The notes below the pieces were generated by a model, which was not told where the DNA came from, searched no databases, and saw only the letters and a list, made by a program, of their open reading frames with translations. From Raillietiella orientalis (lineage: Eukaryota), in the NCBI GenBank assembly GCA_036172245.1, contig JAYWIR010000055.1, positions 124,001-188,000 of the forward strand: 64,000 bases of DNA. Direction: 5' to 3'. The position numbers and the translations under genes were made by a program. Shown here in pieces: positions 62,820 through 64,000 of the stretch (the first letter of the stretch is position 1; each line of letters opens with the position of its first letter).

Positions 62820-64000
62820 CTCAGATTCGCAGTCTTCTGCAGCGCTTTTATTCCTCCCTGTACGCAAGAACGCCTCCCGAGCGGGTTGTCTCACGACTCC
62901 TGCTCCCGGAAGGCGCTCCAGCGATCGGGGAGGAGGAGAGAAAGAACCTCGACAAGCCTTTCACGATGGACGAGATCATCTCGGCCATCGGAAAGCTCAA
63001 GAGGCGCAAGACTCCAGAGGAGGACGGCCTGCCGGCGGAGTTCTTTCAGTGCTTCGCTGCAGAGCTGACCCCCCTGGTGCTCAAGTTGACACGGCTGATC
63101 CGAGACCAAGGCGATGTTCCCGCCTCTTTTCGGTCTGCCAGGGTGAGGCTCCTTCCTAAGGGAGGAGATCTGAGGAGCATGAACAACTGGCGTCCGATAA
63201 CGATTGTGAATGCGGACGCCAAGCTGCTGGCTGGACTGTGGGCTGCGCGGCTGTGACAGGTAGCTGACAGCTTCGTCAGCCCGGAACAGACGTACGCTGT
63301 TCCCGGGCAAAGCATGGAAGCGAACTTGTTCTTCGCCAGCACATGGTTTTATGTGCAACGCGAAGAAAAAAAGAAAAAACGGAATGTCGGCAAACCTGAT
63401 CTGGGGGCGCCAGCGCGGCAAGTAAGGGACGACCGGGAAGGGAAGGGGGCTCTAGCGATCGCAGTCGATCTGCACAAAGCGTTCGATTGCGTGGACCAGG
63501 AACTCCTTCTGGAGCTCCTGGATCGCATGGGCTTCCCGGACACCTTAACGGCCTACCTGCGCGCCTGATGGCACAATGCGATCATCAACTTGTTTTTCAG
63601 AGGACAGCACGTGTTCGGCGTGCCGGTGAGGCGTGGCATCCGGCAGGGCGGCAGCTTGAGTCCCCTGCTCTTTAGCACCTATTTCGAACTGGTGCTGACA
63701 GCATACAGGGTGACATTGGCTGCCCAGCCAAGCTCGTGCCCAGGTACGCCGGCCGTGTCGGCGTATGCTGACGATCTTTTGCTCCTGCTGCCCATGTCCG
63801 CCCCGGCTTCGGCAGTCGAGGATTTCTTCGACTTGCTGAGCCGTGGGACAGGACTACGGGTGAACAGGATGAAGTCGTCGCTGGTTGCGGTTGGTGCAAA
63901 GTGGGCAGGACGACCTGATTGGATCCCCCTGGGGATCCCCACAGAGAGGTACCTGAAGTACCTCGGCGTTCAGTTGGGGGACTTTTGCCAGTCAGAAGCC
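62820..64000 (+). mobile_element. Tx1-like LINE RT domain (copy M), running off the window end; has in-frame stops
   Basis: FYSSLY, KTPEEDGLPAEFF, LLPKGGDLRSMNNWRPITIVNADAKLL, DLHKAFDCVD, GIRQGGSLSPLLF, AYADDL, YLKYLGV. Confidence 0.93.

Noticed and set aside
61445..64000. Twin-priming 5' inversion explaining the head-to-head E/M junction at ~62815
   Set aside because: M overlaps E by more than 500 bp and the shared RT segments differ at many residues, so they are independent copies.
1..64000. CRISPR arrays, rRNA, prokaryotic operons
   Set aside because: No regularly spaced repeats or rRNA-like sequence were seen, and the genes are spliceosomal-intron eukaryotic genes.

Overview
Eukaryotic (invertebrate) genomic DNA. 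The 38-46 nt introns with TTTCAG/TTCCAG-type acceptors suggest a nematode-like compact genome (inference). The window is a compositional mosaic. A very GC-rich domain (~5.9-41 kb, and again ~59.2-64 kb) is filled with decayed, nested Tx1/L1-type non-LTR retrotransposon fragments and a tRNA-headed repeat family, and contains one high-GC3 host gene (NHERF/Sip1-like PDZ scaffold). An AT-rich, gene-dense domain (~43-58 kb) carries an orphan 3-exon gene, NUDCD3, FOXRED1 and TMCO1, arranged as two tightly convergent pairs. The most interesting signals are: (i) a four-hairpin 3' terminal RNA structure conserved across diverged LINE copies, shown by target-site duplications to be the true mobilised end (including a 44-bp micro-insertion); (ii) three independent LINE copies 5'-truncated at almost the same point; (iii) a tRNA-headed 600-780 bp element with a possible CCHC relic, fused twice in sense orientation to LINE ORF2. 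Most ORFs in the supplied track are artefacts of high GC. All comparisons were made by eye, and repeat boundaries without a TSD are approximate.
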